Virus record (IMG/VR): IMGVR_UViG_2565956931_000003 | Span: 1-64,000 of that record | Reading direction: 5' to 3' (one strand) | Length of the DNA: 64,000 bases | Source: an uncultured virus (IMG/VR IMGVR_UViG_2565956931_000003) | Taxonomy: Duplodnaviria > Heunggongvirae > Uroviricota > Caudoviricetes | Part shown: positions 29,350-38,700 of the stretch, one piece after another | How the letters are laid out: each line of letters starts with the position of its first letter | How positions within the stretch are numbered: the first letter of the stretch is position 1 | Made by a program: the position numbers and the translations under genes | Notes under the pieces: model-generated | What the model saw: the letters and a program-made list of their open reading frames with translations, nothing else | What the model was told of the DNA's origin: nothing | Database searches by the model: none

Positions 29350-29451
29350 TTTTCTTGTAATGTGCCTAAAATAGAAAGGATCTGATTCAGTACTGGGCAA
29401 CTTTGTTCTAGCTGTATTTACTGCCGGTGCATAAGCTAAAGCTTTGGACAT
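29320..29451 (-). pseudogene. 43-aa chimeric ORF starting with a duplicate of the 5' end of gene 2673..3467
   Basis: MSKALAYAPAVNTARTKLPSTESDPFY vs MSKALAYAPAVNTAKTNLPSNESDPFY; 29378-29451 vs 3394-3467 differ at 9 of 74 nt. Confidence 0.75.
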
Positions 29452-29480
29452 AATAATGACCCTATTCATTGAATAAAGCC

Positions 29481-29521
29481 ATTATTTACAATGAGGAAAG
29501 CTTAGAAGTTAGTTAGTTCCA
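29481..29521 (-). promoter_or_regulatory. Late promoter driving the mosaic unit
   Basis: TGGAAC-N29-AATAAT. Confidence 0.65.
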
Positions 29522-29540
29522 ACTCCACAAGAAAAATATT

Positions 29541-29795
29541 TTAGTTTTCGATATCTTTATCATCACATTCAAGCCAAAAGACATCTTCAAACTTCTCGCA
29601 TACACCAGCTTTTTTTAGTTCGGTGTAAATGAGTAAGGCACGATAAACACTGATGTGTTTTCCTGCTTCTGCATCTTTTATATACCTATTAAGCACATGA
29701 TTATTTGATATAAATCCGCATTGTTTAGCTAATTGATAAACTGTCATACCAGCTTGCTCTCGCAAAGTTGCGACATTGTTTTTTTCAACCATCAC
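29541..29795 (-). CDS. XRE-family HTH regulator divergent from ant
   Basis: LREQAGMTVYQLAKQCG...FEDVFWLE. Confidence 0.75.
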   Translation of the reverse strand: MMVEKNNVATLREQAGMTVYQLAKQCGFISNNHVLNRYIKDAEAGKHISVYRALLIYTELKKAGVCEKFEDVFWLECDDKDIEN

Positions 29796-29835
29796 GATAT
29801 ACCAAAAAATATTTAGTTCAGTGTATCACAAGAAC

Positions 29836-29896
29836 AATTGCTATTAAATATAATTTTATTAATACTCGTAATTGCTATTATATTTAATAGTTGTTA
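29836..29896. promoter_or_regulatory. Putative operators between the HTH gene and ant
   Basis: AATTGCTATTA at 29836-29846 and 29870-29880, plus an imperfect inverted copy TAATAGTTGTT. Confidence 0.5.
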
Positions 29897-29998
29897 TATT
29901 TAACTCATCAGGACAGGATATGGTCTTGATAAAAAGAACCCCTTGTACCGATCAAAGTAAACAAGGGGTTATATCCAATCTCTAAGAGGAAATTAGAC

Positions 29999-30895
29999 AT
30001 GACTACTTTAACTCAAATCACCGTACCTTTCCACAATGCTGAGTTGTACTTGGTGGAACATGATGGTCAGCCATATACACCCATGAAGCCTATTGTTGAG
30101 GGTATGGGGTTAGCTTGGCAGTCTCAATTAGCAAAACTGAATGCCAATCCTCAACGATGGGGTATAACGAAAATCGTTATACCTACTCTTGGCGACTTAC
30201 AGGAAATGGTTTGTCTACCACTAAGAAAACTTCTTGCTTGGCTCACCACCATCAGTCCTAACAAAGTAAAACCTGAACTTCGTGACACTGTCATCATGTA
30301 CCAAAACGAATGTGATGATGTCTTATGGAATTACTGGACAAAAGGCCAAGTAATCAATCATAGAAAAGCTATCTCACCTGAACAACAGCATGCTTTACAT
30401 GCAATCGTCGATCGTCGTGCAGGAAAAGATCGAAGTTTAAGAGCCTCTATGTGGATACGTCATAATCGCCACTTTGGAATTGCTAAATATAGCCAATTGC
30501 TTTCAATCCATTTTGATGATGCGAAGCAGTATCTTGAGACAATACCACTTCATGAGCTAGGCCCAACCGAAACAGATACACTTAAACGTTTAGAAAAATT
30601 TGTAGATAATCTCGCTGCACGGTATCCAGCATTAGAAAATCCGCTAGCTTATGAAATAGCACAGCATGTAGGTGAGAAGCTAAAGTATCAATCTCCCAAA
30701 GGTCCGAAAAACTTCTGGATTTCGATTCAGGAAAACGGCGCTCTTTCAGTACAGCAATATTCTCTACACCACACGCCCATTAATGTCGTGCAACTACGCG
30801 AAAAGTTTAATGGGCTATGGGAGTTTCTTCATAAGGATGAAGTACTTGAGCTTGGCAAAGTATTAAAACGCTTTCCTTTTGAACCTGTGAACTGA
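29999..30895 (+). CDS. ant: Phage antirepressor (P22 Ant N-terminal domain), copy 1
   Basis: VPFHNAELYLVEHDGQPYTPMKPIVEGMGLAW...CLPLRKLLAWL...YQNECDDVLWNYWTKG. Confidence 0.9.
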   Translation: MTTLTQITVPFHNAELYLVEHDGQPYTPMKPIVEGMGLAWQSQLAKLNANPQRWGITKIVIPTLGDLQEMVCLPLRKLLAWLTTISPNKVKPELRDTVIMYQNECDDVLWNYWTKGQVINHRKAISPEQQHALHAIVDRRAGKDRSLRASMWIRHNRHFGIAKYSQLLSIHFDDAKQYLETIPLHELGPTETDTLKRLEKFVDNLAARYPALENPLAYEIAQHVGEKLKYQSPKGPKNFWISIQENGALSVQQYSLHHTPINVVQLREKFNGLWEFLHKDEVLELGKVLKRFPFEPVN

Positions 30896-30945
30896 AAGGG
30901 CATATCATTAAATTAAGACGTTCCTACTGGAACTCCCCTTATATT

Positions 30946-30975
30946 AAAGCCAGCTATACAGCTGGCTTTCTTTTT
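30946..30975. terminator. Bidirectional terminator
   Basis: AAAGCCAGCT-atac-AGCTGGCTTT. Confidence 0.8.
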
Positions 30976-30980
30976 AGAAC

Positions 30981-31259
30981 TTATCCAATATTTGGTGGTA
31001 CTCGCAGAACCTGTAATGAAGGTACACCCCGATCTAGCGCATCTTGGACACAACGATAATCAGGATTATTTGGTTCATAACCAAGTTCACCACGGATATT
31101 ACCCTTATGTATTGTCATCGGTGCATCAAAACGCCCACGCATAAAACGACCAATAATAATTGTGTCAGTTAATGATTGATTGGTCTTTATTTCTGTTTTA
31201 TCAGTTTTTTTCTGATATTGAATACCAGGCGCTTCACCTATGATTTGAGTTGTATTCAT
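30981..31259 (-). CDS. Small protein resembling a tail-sheath N-terminal segment
   Basis: Start reassigned to ATG 31259 (AAGGA RBS); IGEAPGIQY...IIIGRFMRGRFDAPMTI. Confidence 0.5.
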   Translation of the reverse strand: MNTTQIIGEAPGIQYQKKTDKTEIKTNQSLTDTIIIGRFMRGRFDAPMTIHKGNIRGELGYEPNNPDYRCVQDALDRGVPSLQVLRVPPNIG

Positions 31260-31320
31260 GAGTATTTCCTTAATTAAATGGATTATAGGTAAAGCCAAAA
31301 ATGACCTTACCTATGAGTAA

Positions 31321-32088
31321 TTAGTAAATACCTAAGCGTTTACCTTTTTTGAATGAACGTAAACGCTTGTTGATTGCATTTGCAGTAAAAGCATGAAGTC
31401 GAGCTTTTTTCATACCAGCTTTTTGTGCTGCAGTTAAACGGACCTTTTGACCAGGTAATCGTTTATTCACAACGGTTTTGACACCTTGACGAATAGCCAG
31501 CACACCACGGTAGTGAATTTTTCGCCCATTTACTTTCCGTTGGCTAAATGCTCCATTTCGAGCTTTAATTTTTTTAGCCATTGAATCGAAACCTTCTTCA
31601 GTTTCATCCGCTTCACCGAAAATAAACTCTCGAACGAGTTCTTCAAGTTCTGGGCCATCGTCTGGCATATTAGCAAGAACTGTATTGGCTGCTGCTTCTA
31701 ACGCCACATCAGCAACTTCTGTATCATCACTAAAGATCTCTTCAATATCAGAAGCGTCAACGCCGAATGTTAGGAAAGCATCGGACAGAGATGCCATTAA
31801 AGCGCTTTCAAAGATGCCTTCTTCATCATCTGCACCATCTAATGCATCGACAATTAATGCGTCTAAATGATCAACGCCCAGTTCACCTTCTTCAAGCTTA
31901 CCTTCACTGATTGTATCTACCGTATCGGATAGAATGTTCAGAGCAATTTGTCGTACTTGTTCAATCACAGATTGCTGTTCTCGATCAGTACTTGAAACCT
32001 TACTTACAACGGTAGAAATATTCTCCGCTGCTGAATCAAAAGCACGTAAAGTTAATGGTTTTTCAGTAGTGGGTCCAAATGGATTCAT
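31321..32088 (-). CDS. Putative prohead core/internal protein
   Basis: Very acidic N-terminal two-thirds and extremely basic C-terminus separated by a GFDS motif; reminiscent of T4 gp67/gp68 core proteins. Confidence 0.55.
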   Translation of the reverse strand: MNPFGPTTEKPLTLRAFDSAAENISTVVSKVSSTDREQQSVIEQVRQIALNILSDTVDTISEGKLEEGELGVDHLDALIVDALDGADDEEGIFESALMASLSDAFLTFGVDASDIEEIFSDDTEVADVALEAAANTVLANMPDDGPELEELVREFIFGEADETEEGFDSMAKKIKARNGAFSQRKVNGRKIHYRGVLAIRQGVKTVVNKRLPGQKVRLTAAQKAGMKKARLHAFTANAINKRLRSFKKGKRLGIY

Positions 32089-32109
32089 CTTGATAGATCC
32101 TTAATAAAA

Positions 32110-33405
32110 TTATTTAACTAAAACGTCGTCATCAAAAATTGCGGCACGAGTTGTACCAACAACTCCATGGGCTAAATAGAGTCGTACACGCTCATATGGA
32201 TAGTCTTTGTCAGGTATTAAACTGAACTCAAAAGGTTTACCCCCTAGGTCTTCAGCCGGTTGCAACCAACCGGTTGTTTCACTAGAAGCACCTTCTAAAA
32301 ACTCTTGGATGTCATCACCAGCTTTTTTGATATAGTCCGGTGTAGCTTGGAACATATAAGTCCGCAGGATCTCGATACATTTATTCGTAACCCGAGCCGA
32401 AATCTCCGCGGCGGGAACTAAACGCAAAGCACTATTTTTGCTTTGGTATTGCGTAAGCACATCACTTAATACAAATAATGTAGTTTCAAACTTAACTGGG
32501 CGAACTACATTTACTTTAGCCTTAGCCAACATTTCTTGAGTCTGTTCATCTTCAAGATCAGTATTCGGCATCTGGCTTAAGTTTTTTGCTGTAAAGGGAT
32601 AATCTTTCCAAGCTACTGCATTTTTTAACGGCGCAAAGCCTTGTTTATTTAACTTTGCATTACGTAATAATTTATCGCCGATGTAATGGCCCAAATAATA
32701 AGCTGGTACCTTTCGACCTCTTAGCGTGACAGCATCAGATGGGCGGCAAAGGTTCGGGCTCCAAATGAATTGAACAAACTGAGATTGAGCATCTACGCTT
32801 GTCGCAAATTGAGCTGCTTGCTCAGCTGTAAAAGTTGGGTTGATTTCAGCATCCAAAGGAATACGTAATTTTGTAGCTGCACGTTGAGCCGCAACATAAA
32901 TTGGTAAATCATGAGGATTTGGTAAAGTCAGATATGCTGGTGTGCTTAATTGGCTTGTCAGAATTTTATATAGTTCATCTGGTTTAAATGACGGTAACGA
33001 TTCGTCTTCCAATGCCAACGTTTTTGATGCACGACCTAAGCTATTTGATTCGTTATAAGCATTAGATTTGAGAATTGCTTGTAACGCATCAATACCTAAC
33101 GATAAATCAAATCGCTCGAAATATTCTTTCGCATCAGCTACAGCGACAATAGAAGCAGAATTTTCAATGTCTCCATCTACTAATCCCTGAACAGTAACAA
33201 TTTGATCACCTGTTACCGCATCACGTATTTCCAAACGCATAGAAATATCTGCAGGACCGCGTGGGCTAGTTACTTTCGCAAAAAAGGCCACATTGATTTC
33301 TGTATTTGCAAGATAACTGTGAGTATCAAATTCCAGTTTTAGTGATGGGCTGGCCCCTGCAACAAGGGATAGCTCACCTGTACTTGATAGAGCAAGTATA
33401 TTCAT
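32110..33405 (-). CDS. Tail sheath protein
   Basis: 431 aa; C-terminal sheath-like region (MLAKAKVNVVRP...VLSDVLT...ERVRLYLAHGVVGTTRAAIF). Confidence 0.7.
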   Translation of the reverse strand: MNILALSSTGELSLVAGASPSLKLEFDTHSYLANTEINVAFFAKVTSPRGPADISMRLEIRDAVTGDQIVTVQGLVDGDIENSASIVAVADAKEYFERFDLSLGIDALQAILKSNAYNESNSLGRASKTLALEDESLPSFKPDELYKILTSQLSTPAYLTLPNPHDLPIYVAAQRAATKLRIPLDAEINPTFTAEQAAQFATSVDAQSQFVQFIWSPNLCRPSDAVTLRGRKVPAYYLGHYIGDKLLRNAKLNKQGFAPLKNAVAWKDYPFTAKNLSQMPNTDLEDEQTQEMLAKAKVNVVRPVKFETTLFVLSDVLTQYQSKNSALRLVPAAEISARVTNKCIEILRTYMFQATPDYIKKAGDDIQEFLEGASSETTGWLQPAEDLGGKPFEFSLIPDKDYPYERVRLYLAHGVVGTTRAAIFDDDVLVK

Positions 33406-33438
33406 TACATTACACGCCCAAGGCTATTTGTTTTAAGT

Positions 33439-33479
33439 ATTTTGAGCCGTTGGCATTTTTGATTTTCTGGCTAGTTCCA
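33439..33479 (-). promoter_or_regulatory. Late promoter (sheath operon)
   Basis: TGGAAC-N29-CAAAAT, just downstream of a terminator at 33484-33510. Confidence 0.7.
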
Positions 33480-33523
33480 ATGTAAAAAAAACCACTCGAA
33501 AGTGGTTTTTCATTTCCTAAATT

Positions 33524-33823
33524 TTATAATCCGCTAGCAGGTTCTGTAGGCTCTTCTGCCTCAGTAGGTACAATTTGAAGTACATTACCTTTCAAGCCAT
33601 TAATTTGATCTAGGTTATCTAGCAATTGTTTATGAGCTTCGTCACCGATCAAAGTGAATGTGACCTTTTGACCAGCTTGTACCAAAACTTGTGTAAATGG
33701 TTCGGTAATGTCACTTAAACCGTTATTTTGAAGTGTAATACTTCGTTCAGTAGGATGATCACCTACAGCATCCATAATTGGGTTCGTGCCATCAATAATG
33801 AAAATAGTCATCTTGTTACTCAA
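33524..33823 (-). CDS. Hypothetical virion protein, paralog of the next gene's C-terminus
   Basis: ITLQNNGLSDITEP...QLLDNLDQINGL. Confidence 0.6.
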   Translation of the reverse strand: MSNKMTIFIIDGTNPIMDAVGDHPTERSITLQNNGLSDITEPFTQVLVQAGQKVTFTLIGDEAHKQLLDNLDQINGLKGNVLQIVPTEAEEPTEPASGL

Positions 33824-34442
33824 CAGTTAGATTCTTACCAAGCCCCTTCAACTGACGTAAGTTTTCCAGTACTTGATGTTTAAATGTTTGGTTATGACAC
33901 GTAATACTTGCTGTTTTACCTGCCTCAATAGCAACACGTGATAACGGTTCTAAAACTGTTGAAAATCCGTTATTAGTAATTTTAATAACTAGCGGATCCA
34001 CGCTACTCCCACCTGATACTGTTAACAAATCCGTAATGGGAGTATTAACTTTAGAAGTATCAGTTTCTTTAAGGACATGATCCGATTCATTCCCCACATC
34101 ATCACCAGACTTACCACCATTAGAATCTAGATCATTTGAAGGTTTGACAGAATCATTCGATGTTTCAGTTGGATTTCCATTTTCTTGAGTATTGGACTCT
34201 TCATTATCTGAATCGCCATTTTTCAAATCAGTAGGTTTATTACCTTCATCTTGAGATGCGCCGTCTTCAGGACCTTGGCTATTTAACAAATCACCTTGGT
34301 CTGAAGCTTTTTCATCACCAGCTTGGGTATTCTGTGTTTCTGTAGTTTTATTGGTTTTATTACGTGTGTTTTTTGGTTTAGTAGTCGCTTGTTCGTCAGT
34401 TGAAGCTAAAGTTTCGTCAGTGTTTTGTGTTGCTGCAGCCAT
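33816..34442 (-). CDS. Hypothetical virion protein with long disordered N-terminus
   Basis: D/N/S/T-rich N-terminus; IKITNNGFSTVLEP...QVLENLRQLKGL. Confidence 0.6.
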   Translation of the reverse strand: MAAATQNTDETLASTDEQATTKPKNTRNKTNKTTETQNTQAGDEKASDQGDLLNSQGPEDGASQDEGNKPTDLKNGDSDNEESNTQENGNPTETSNDSVKPSNDLDSNGGKSGDDVGNESDHVLKETDTSKVNTPITDLLTVSGGSSVDPLVIKITNNGFSTVLEPLSRVAIEAGKTASITCHNQTFKHQVLENLRQLKGLGKNLTVE

Positions 34443-34505
34443 GAGATTTTCCTTTCAATAAATAGGGTAAAAAGGCGCATCTAAATGCGCCCTTATCTGT
34501 TTTAC

Positions 34506-36284
34506 TTACGAATTTTTGAGGGATGGCATATTGATACAGTGGATGACATAGCTTTGATCAGCATAACGTTCTAACGGGTTCATTTCGGCTGCTTGAGCAC
34601 CGATTAAAGTAAGTACTGATTCACGCGCATCTGGTCGAGTTTCAATAACTGAAAGAGGCGTTTGAATAAAACCAACGAACGGCGCACGAATTGGCTCATT
34701 ACCACGACCAACTAAAAGCATATCAAACGCTGTATCTGCTTCAGCTACAAGCTCTTGTGCTGACGGTGCGTGGTAAACGTTAGTACCATCTGCAAGAGTA
34801 CCAATACGGACAATTTGACCGTAACCAGCAGTGTATCCGGTTTTAACTGGCATCTTGTCGCTTGACAGTTGATTAAAGAATACTGACCCAGTATCGCCAA
34901 CATATAAGTCAAATGCTACGGTAGAGCCACCAGTACGTTGGTTAATATCCAATTTGGCCGCTGCAATAAATTTATTTACTTCCGCAAACAAGTCACCTGA
35001 AGTATTAAATGCAGCTGCTAATTTTCCAGTCACACCACGAGAAGCATCAAAAGTAACTTCACGAGCGGAGTATTCAGCTAAATCTTTTGCTTCACCTAAT
35101 AAACGTACAGTTTGTTCTAAGAAGATTTTACCTTGCACAATTGCTAAAGCCTGACCCAGAAAACCAAGCTTAAGTTCGTTAGTTAGCTGAGATTGTAATA
35201 GTGTTGAAGCTGTTACCCGTGCCATGATAGGTGACGCAATCAATGTTTCATATTCAGGTTCGAAATCAACACCTACTGGGGTTAATAGATAGTTATCATT
35301 ACCATCACGCGCATCAAAATCCGCCACAAGATGAACTTCAATTTTCGCACCAGCTGGTAATGCTTCATTTAATGTCACGCTAATTTTGCTAGCTGAAATA
35401 TCAATTTCGCTACCAACAACACGATATTCAACGCCGTTTACTACTACGTCTTTCTCAGCAATAGCAGAAATCTTGCCTGAAAATTTTGATTTACTGCGAT
35501 TTCGAGTATGCGCAACTTCTTTACCATTGATCTTGATAGATACATTACCCGCAATAAATGGCAATAAACTCGCTTTGGCGTCAGGTGTTTTAGCCTTGAA
35601 GTCTTCATAACCAGTTCGTGCAGTCACAGTATAAGTTGTACCTGCGCCACCATTAGACAATGCAAAACGGAATCGTCCTTCAACATAAGGCTTAGAAGCA
35701 TTTGCACCATCTAAGTATTCTGATTTCTTCATTGCACCAAAATCACGGTTGGTGATAAAGCGAATAGATACAATCGGTACTTCATTTGAGCCATTTGAGT
35801 TGGGAATCATAGCAACGATAGGTGTTGCATAAGCGATAACGTTGGCGATAGTAGCAACTGTAATTGCTGGAACGATGCTTACAGATTCATGATGCTGGTG
35901 ATTTACATCATCAAAACCAGATTCATTAATACTATCGTAATAGCTAAGGGTTTCGGCAGGCAAAGCAGCTGCTTGTTTCGCACCACTTAAACCAGCAGTT
36001 AATGCAGCTGCAATGATTGAAGGATGCGGTAATTCACCGCCATGACGTGATTGATATTGTGATACCCCAAACATCACAGCTTTATCAACTTCTGGCGCAT
36101 ATTCGATGCCAATTGAATCAAAAATTGCTTTTAATACTTCTGGATACTCTTCTGCCGCTGTTTGAGCACTGTCAAACCCATTTTCAAGCTCTTCAGGACT
36201 TTTGAAATAGTAATTTCGGCACTGAACAGTAGCTAGTTGTTGAGCATCATACTTTTTACGAATTTCTTCTGTTAACACAGTCAT
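34506..36284 (-). CDS. Major capsid protein (P1 gp23-like)
   Basis: 592 aa with own late promoter and terminator (34470-34493); N-terminal propeptide with FDS motifs; position before the sheath gene as in P1. Confidence 0.7.
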   Translation of the reverse strand: MTVLTEEIRKKYDAQQLATVQCRNYYFKSPEELENGFDSAQTAAEEYPEVLKAIFDSIGIEYAPEVDKAVMFGVSQYQSRHGGELPHPSIIAAALTAGLSGAKQAAALPAETLSYYDSINESGFDDVNHQHHESVSIVPAITVATIANVIAYATPIVAMIPNSNGSNEVPIVSIRFITNRDFGAMKKSEYLDGANASKPYVEGRFRFALSNGGAGTTYTVTARTGYEDFKAKTPDAKASLLPFIAGNVSIKINGKEVAHTRNRSKSKFSGKISAIAEKDVVVNGVEYRVVGSEIDISASKISVTLNEALPAGAKIEVHLVADFDARDGNDNYLLTPVGVDFEPEYETLIASPIMARVTASTLLQSQLTNELKLGFLGQALAIVQGKIFLEQTVRLLGEAKDLAEYSAREVTFDASRGVTGKLAAAFNTSGDLFAEVNKFIAAAKLDINQRTGGSTVAFDLYVGDTGSVFFNQLSSDKMPVKTGYTAGYGQIVRIGTLADGTNVYHAPSAQELVAEADTAFDMLLVGRGNEPIRAPFVGFIQTPLSVIETRPDARESVLTLIGAQAAEMNPLERYADQSYVIHCINMPSLKNS

Positions 36285-36322
36285 TTTAAACCAGCCTTTG
36301 GCTTTCTATGTAAGATGCAGAA

Positions 36323-36363
36323 AGTCTGACATGACGTATTTTTACTAAAGCTGGTCGGTTCCA
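36323..36363 (-). promoter_or_regulatory. Late promoter (capsid)
   Basis: TGGAAC-N29-CAGACT. Confidence 0.7.
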
Positions 36364-36438
36364 AACATAAAGAAGTCCCCAGAATTGAGGACAAAGAAAA
36401 TGTAGCTAAAGGACCATCTCAGCCCTTTATTTATATAG

Positions 36439-36741
36439 CTATCCGCTTACACCACTTGAAACATAAATCTCCACATTATCACCTGCTTTCACTTTATAAC
36501 GGAGCTTATCCCAGCAATGCTGTCTAAACGGTTCAGTATCAGGCGCAGCAGCTGTTAATGTAAGAATAGACACCCAGTGAGAATCGTTTTGCGGATCTGC
36601 ATATGGAATATTGCTTCCGAAAAACTCTACTTCTGCCCCGTTCCCGATTACCTGGTAATTGAATATTGCAGAAGTACATTGTTCAGCTATTTCAATGTCG
36701 CCTGTCTTTTTACCTTTTTCATTGAAAATTAAATAGCTCAT
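36439..36741 (-). CDS. Hypothetical beta-rich virion protein
   Basis: Coupled 100-aa ORF. Confidence 0.55.
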   Translation of the reverse strand: MSYLIFNEKGKKTGDIEIAEQCTSAIFNYQVIGNGAEVEFFGSNIPYADPQNDSHWVSILTLTAAAPDTEPFRQHCWDKLRYKVKAGDNVEIYVSSGVSG

Positions 36742-37286
36742 TTAGTTTCTCCATCACCTATAGGTGAAATAAACAAATCATCTCTACGGTTTAAAACATA
36801 CTTACTGCCAAAATCTGCCATGAGGCTAAAACCAGTAATATTTACAATCTCAAACCACAACATTAGATTTTCATAAATCATTAAACCTAAAAGATCACCT
36901 TCTTTAAGAATCAAGTCAGGGATGTTGATTATCCTTTCCAAAACATCATCTAATTCTTCATTGAATGGCTCTACTTGAGCGGTTAGCACCAAGTCAGATG
37001 GGTTATTCATTGAGAAGTTCTTTTGAATATAACCACCATTAAATTTATCGAAATGAACATAAGCAGCGCCCTTATATTCATACTTGTAGTTGGGTTCGTC
37101 TTGAATCGATAAAGTGTTCGCTTCAAAAGAAAGAGGATCTAAAGGTTTTGAATCTTCAGCCGGATTATTGAAAATGACTTCTTTTCGCCAAATTTGCGCG
37201 GGAATACTTGCTAGAGCATTCATCACAACACGTCTAGCTGCTAAACGGCGTCCATTTGCAACTTGATTTACTGATCTATTTAGCAT
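36738..37286 (-). CDS. Putative head completion/neck protein
   Basis: 182-aa coupled ORF; context. Confidence 0.45.
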   Translation of the reverse strand: MLNRSVNQVANGRRLAARRVVMNALASIPAQIWRKEVIFNNPAEDSKPLDPLSFEANTLSIQDEPNYKYEYKGAAYVHFDKFNGGYIQKNFSMNNPSDLVLTAQVEPFNEELDDVLERIINIPDLILKEGDLLGLMIYENLMLWFEIVNITGFSLMADFGSKYVLNRRDDLFISPIGDGETK

Positions 37287-38406
37287 TTCGACTTAAACCC
37301 TTCATAAAGACATTTAACATGTCATTGTCGATTGCGCCTGATTTATGTAAGGCTTGAATTCTTTCAATTTGACTCGCTCTAACAGTTTCCACTTCAAAAC
37401 GTTTGAGGGTTTTTAATTCGCGTTCTAAGAGCTTTTTGGCAACTTTATCAGCTCTACGCATCATTTCTTTTTCTGCTTTTTGGATATTGGCTTTGATCGG
37501 CTTAACAGAACCATTCATCAAATCCTTTACTTGCTCGTTTATTGAATTCTGTATTTGCTTATCTGTTTGCTTATACCGTGCACCTACTTGTTTCTTACGG
37601 TCTTTCTCTACTTCCTTTTTAAGGTAGGCAATCCCGGATGGTGAACTAATCCACTTAACAACGCGCAATACATGTTTACAAGCCACACCGGATAAATGCG
37701 GGTTACGTATTTTCGGAAAGCCGCCCTCATCACGTCCTAAATTATAGCCGCCAATAGTTGCCATATAGCGGTACCAGAACGTATGACGTTCGCAATCACA
37801 CTGAAATTTGATTTTGCCTTTAGCCAAGCGGTTTTTGACGGTGTTTAATGCCTGTTTATCGATATCAAAAACAACAGATTTAAAGTTAGAAAACTCAATC
37901 TCAACGTGATGATTTAAAACTTTACTATTTGGTCCGGCATTAGTAAGCAAGTGAACTAAACCAGCTTTTCTGCTTACTGGAACCGCCAAATAGATTTGCT
38001 CATTTGCCCGGTCAATATCGTCTTGTCGGCTTAAATTAATGATGTTTTGAGGGGTAATACCCTTACTATACTGATCTTTTAATAGTTGAATGTTTTCCTG
38101 AAATGCCAAGATATCATCACGGGTAATACGCCGTGGTACTTCTCCATTTCGCTGACCTAATGTTGTAAAAAGTACCCTTTCGACATCATATTTTTCCCCT
38201 TGGGCAATATCTTGTGGTCGCAAGAACATAGGTTTAGGGATCTTTCGTCCCCAATCATCATATTCAATTTCTTTTTCTGCAAATGCCCGCTGTTCTCTAT
38301 CTGCACGCTGGCGGCTCTGTTGATCTCTACGAACTCCACCATTTTGCAAAGACTGGTTTAATTGCAGCTGGGCACGGCGTAAATCATCTGGCTTGAATGC
38401 TGACAT
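37276..38406 (-). CDS. SWIM-type zinc-finger morphogenesis protein (resembles P1 Pmg-type proteins)
   Basis: CDCERHTFWYRY...PKIRNPHLSGVACKH. Confidence 0.65.
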   Translation of the reverse strand: MSAFKPDDLRRAQLQLNQSLQNGGVRRDQQSRQRADREQRAFAEKEIEYDDWGRKIPKPMFLRPQDIAQGEKYDVERVLFTTLGQRNGEVPRRITRDDILAFQENIQLLKDQYSKGITPQNIINLSRQDDIDRANEQIYLAVPVSRKAGLVHLLTNAGPNSKVLNHHVEIEFSNFKSVVFDIDKQALNTVKNRLAKGKIKFQCDCERHTFWYRYMATIGGYNLGRDEGGFPKIRNPHLSGVACKHVLRVVKWISSPSGIAYLKKEVEKDRKKQVGARYKQTDKQIQNSINEQVKDLMNGSVKPIKANIQKAEKEMMRRADKVAKKLLERELKTLKRFEVETVRASQIERIQALHKSGAIDNDMLNVFMKGLSRNAK

Positions 38407-38407
38407 A

Positions 38408-38686
38408 TTAATTATCCTGCAAGTATTCTTTTTGAAGTCTTAAAAGATCAACAAGCCTTGGAAATGCTACCTTTTGTAGAGGTAACTTTTCCCAAACGCC
38501 ATTCGCTTCACAAGCCACAAGTACTGCGTCAATATGATTTCTTGAACCATATAATTTCAAACTCAACAATGATGGATCTAGCGATTCATCCTCTTTAATC
38601 TCCCATACAATTAAATTCTGAATATTATTTTGTTGAAGATTCCGGTGAATTAAGTCTCTAATAGCATTTCGATAATCATTTCTCAT
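38408..38686 (-). CDS. LysM-like baseplate wedge protein (gpX/gp53-like)
   Basis: WEIKEDESLDPSLLSLKLYGSRNHIDAVL. Confidence 0.6.
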   Translation of the reverse strand: MRNDYRNAIRDLIHRNLQQNNIQNLIVWEIKEDESLDPSLLSLKLYGSRNHIDAVLVACEANGVWEKLPLQKVAFPRLVDLLRLQKEYLQDN

Positions 38687-38700
38687 ACTGTTTCACCTAT

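Noticed and set aside
30920..30933. GTTCC-tact-GGAAC as additional late promoters
   Set aside because: Neither orientation has nAnnnT at 29 nt and no gene start follows
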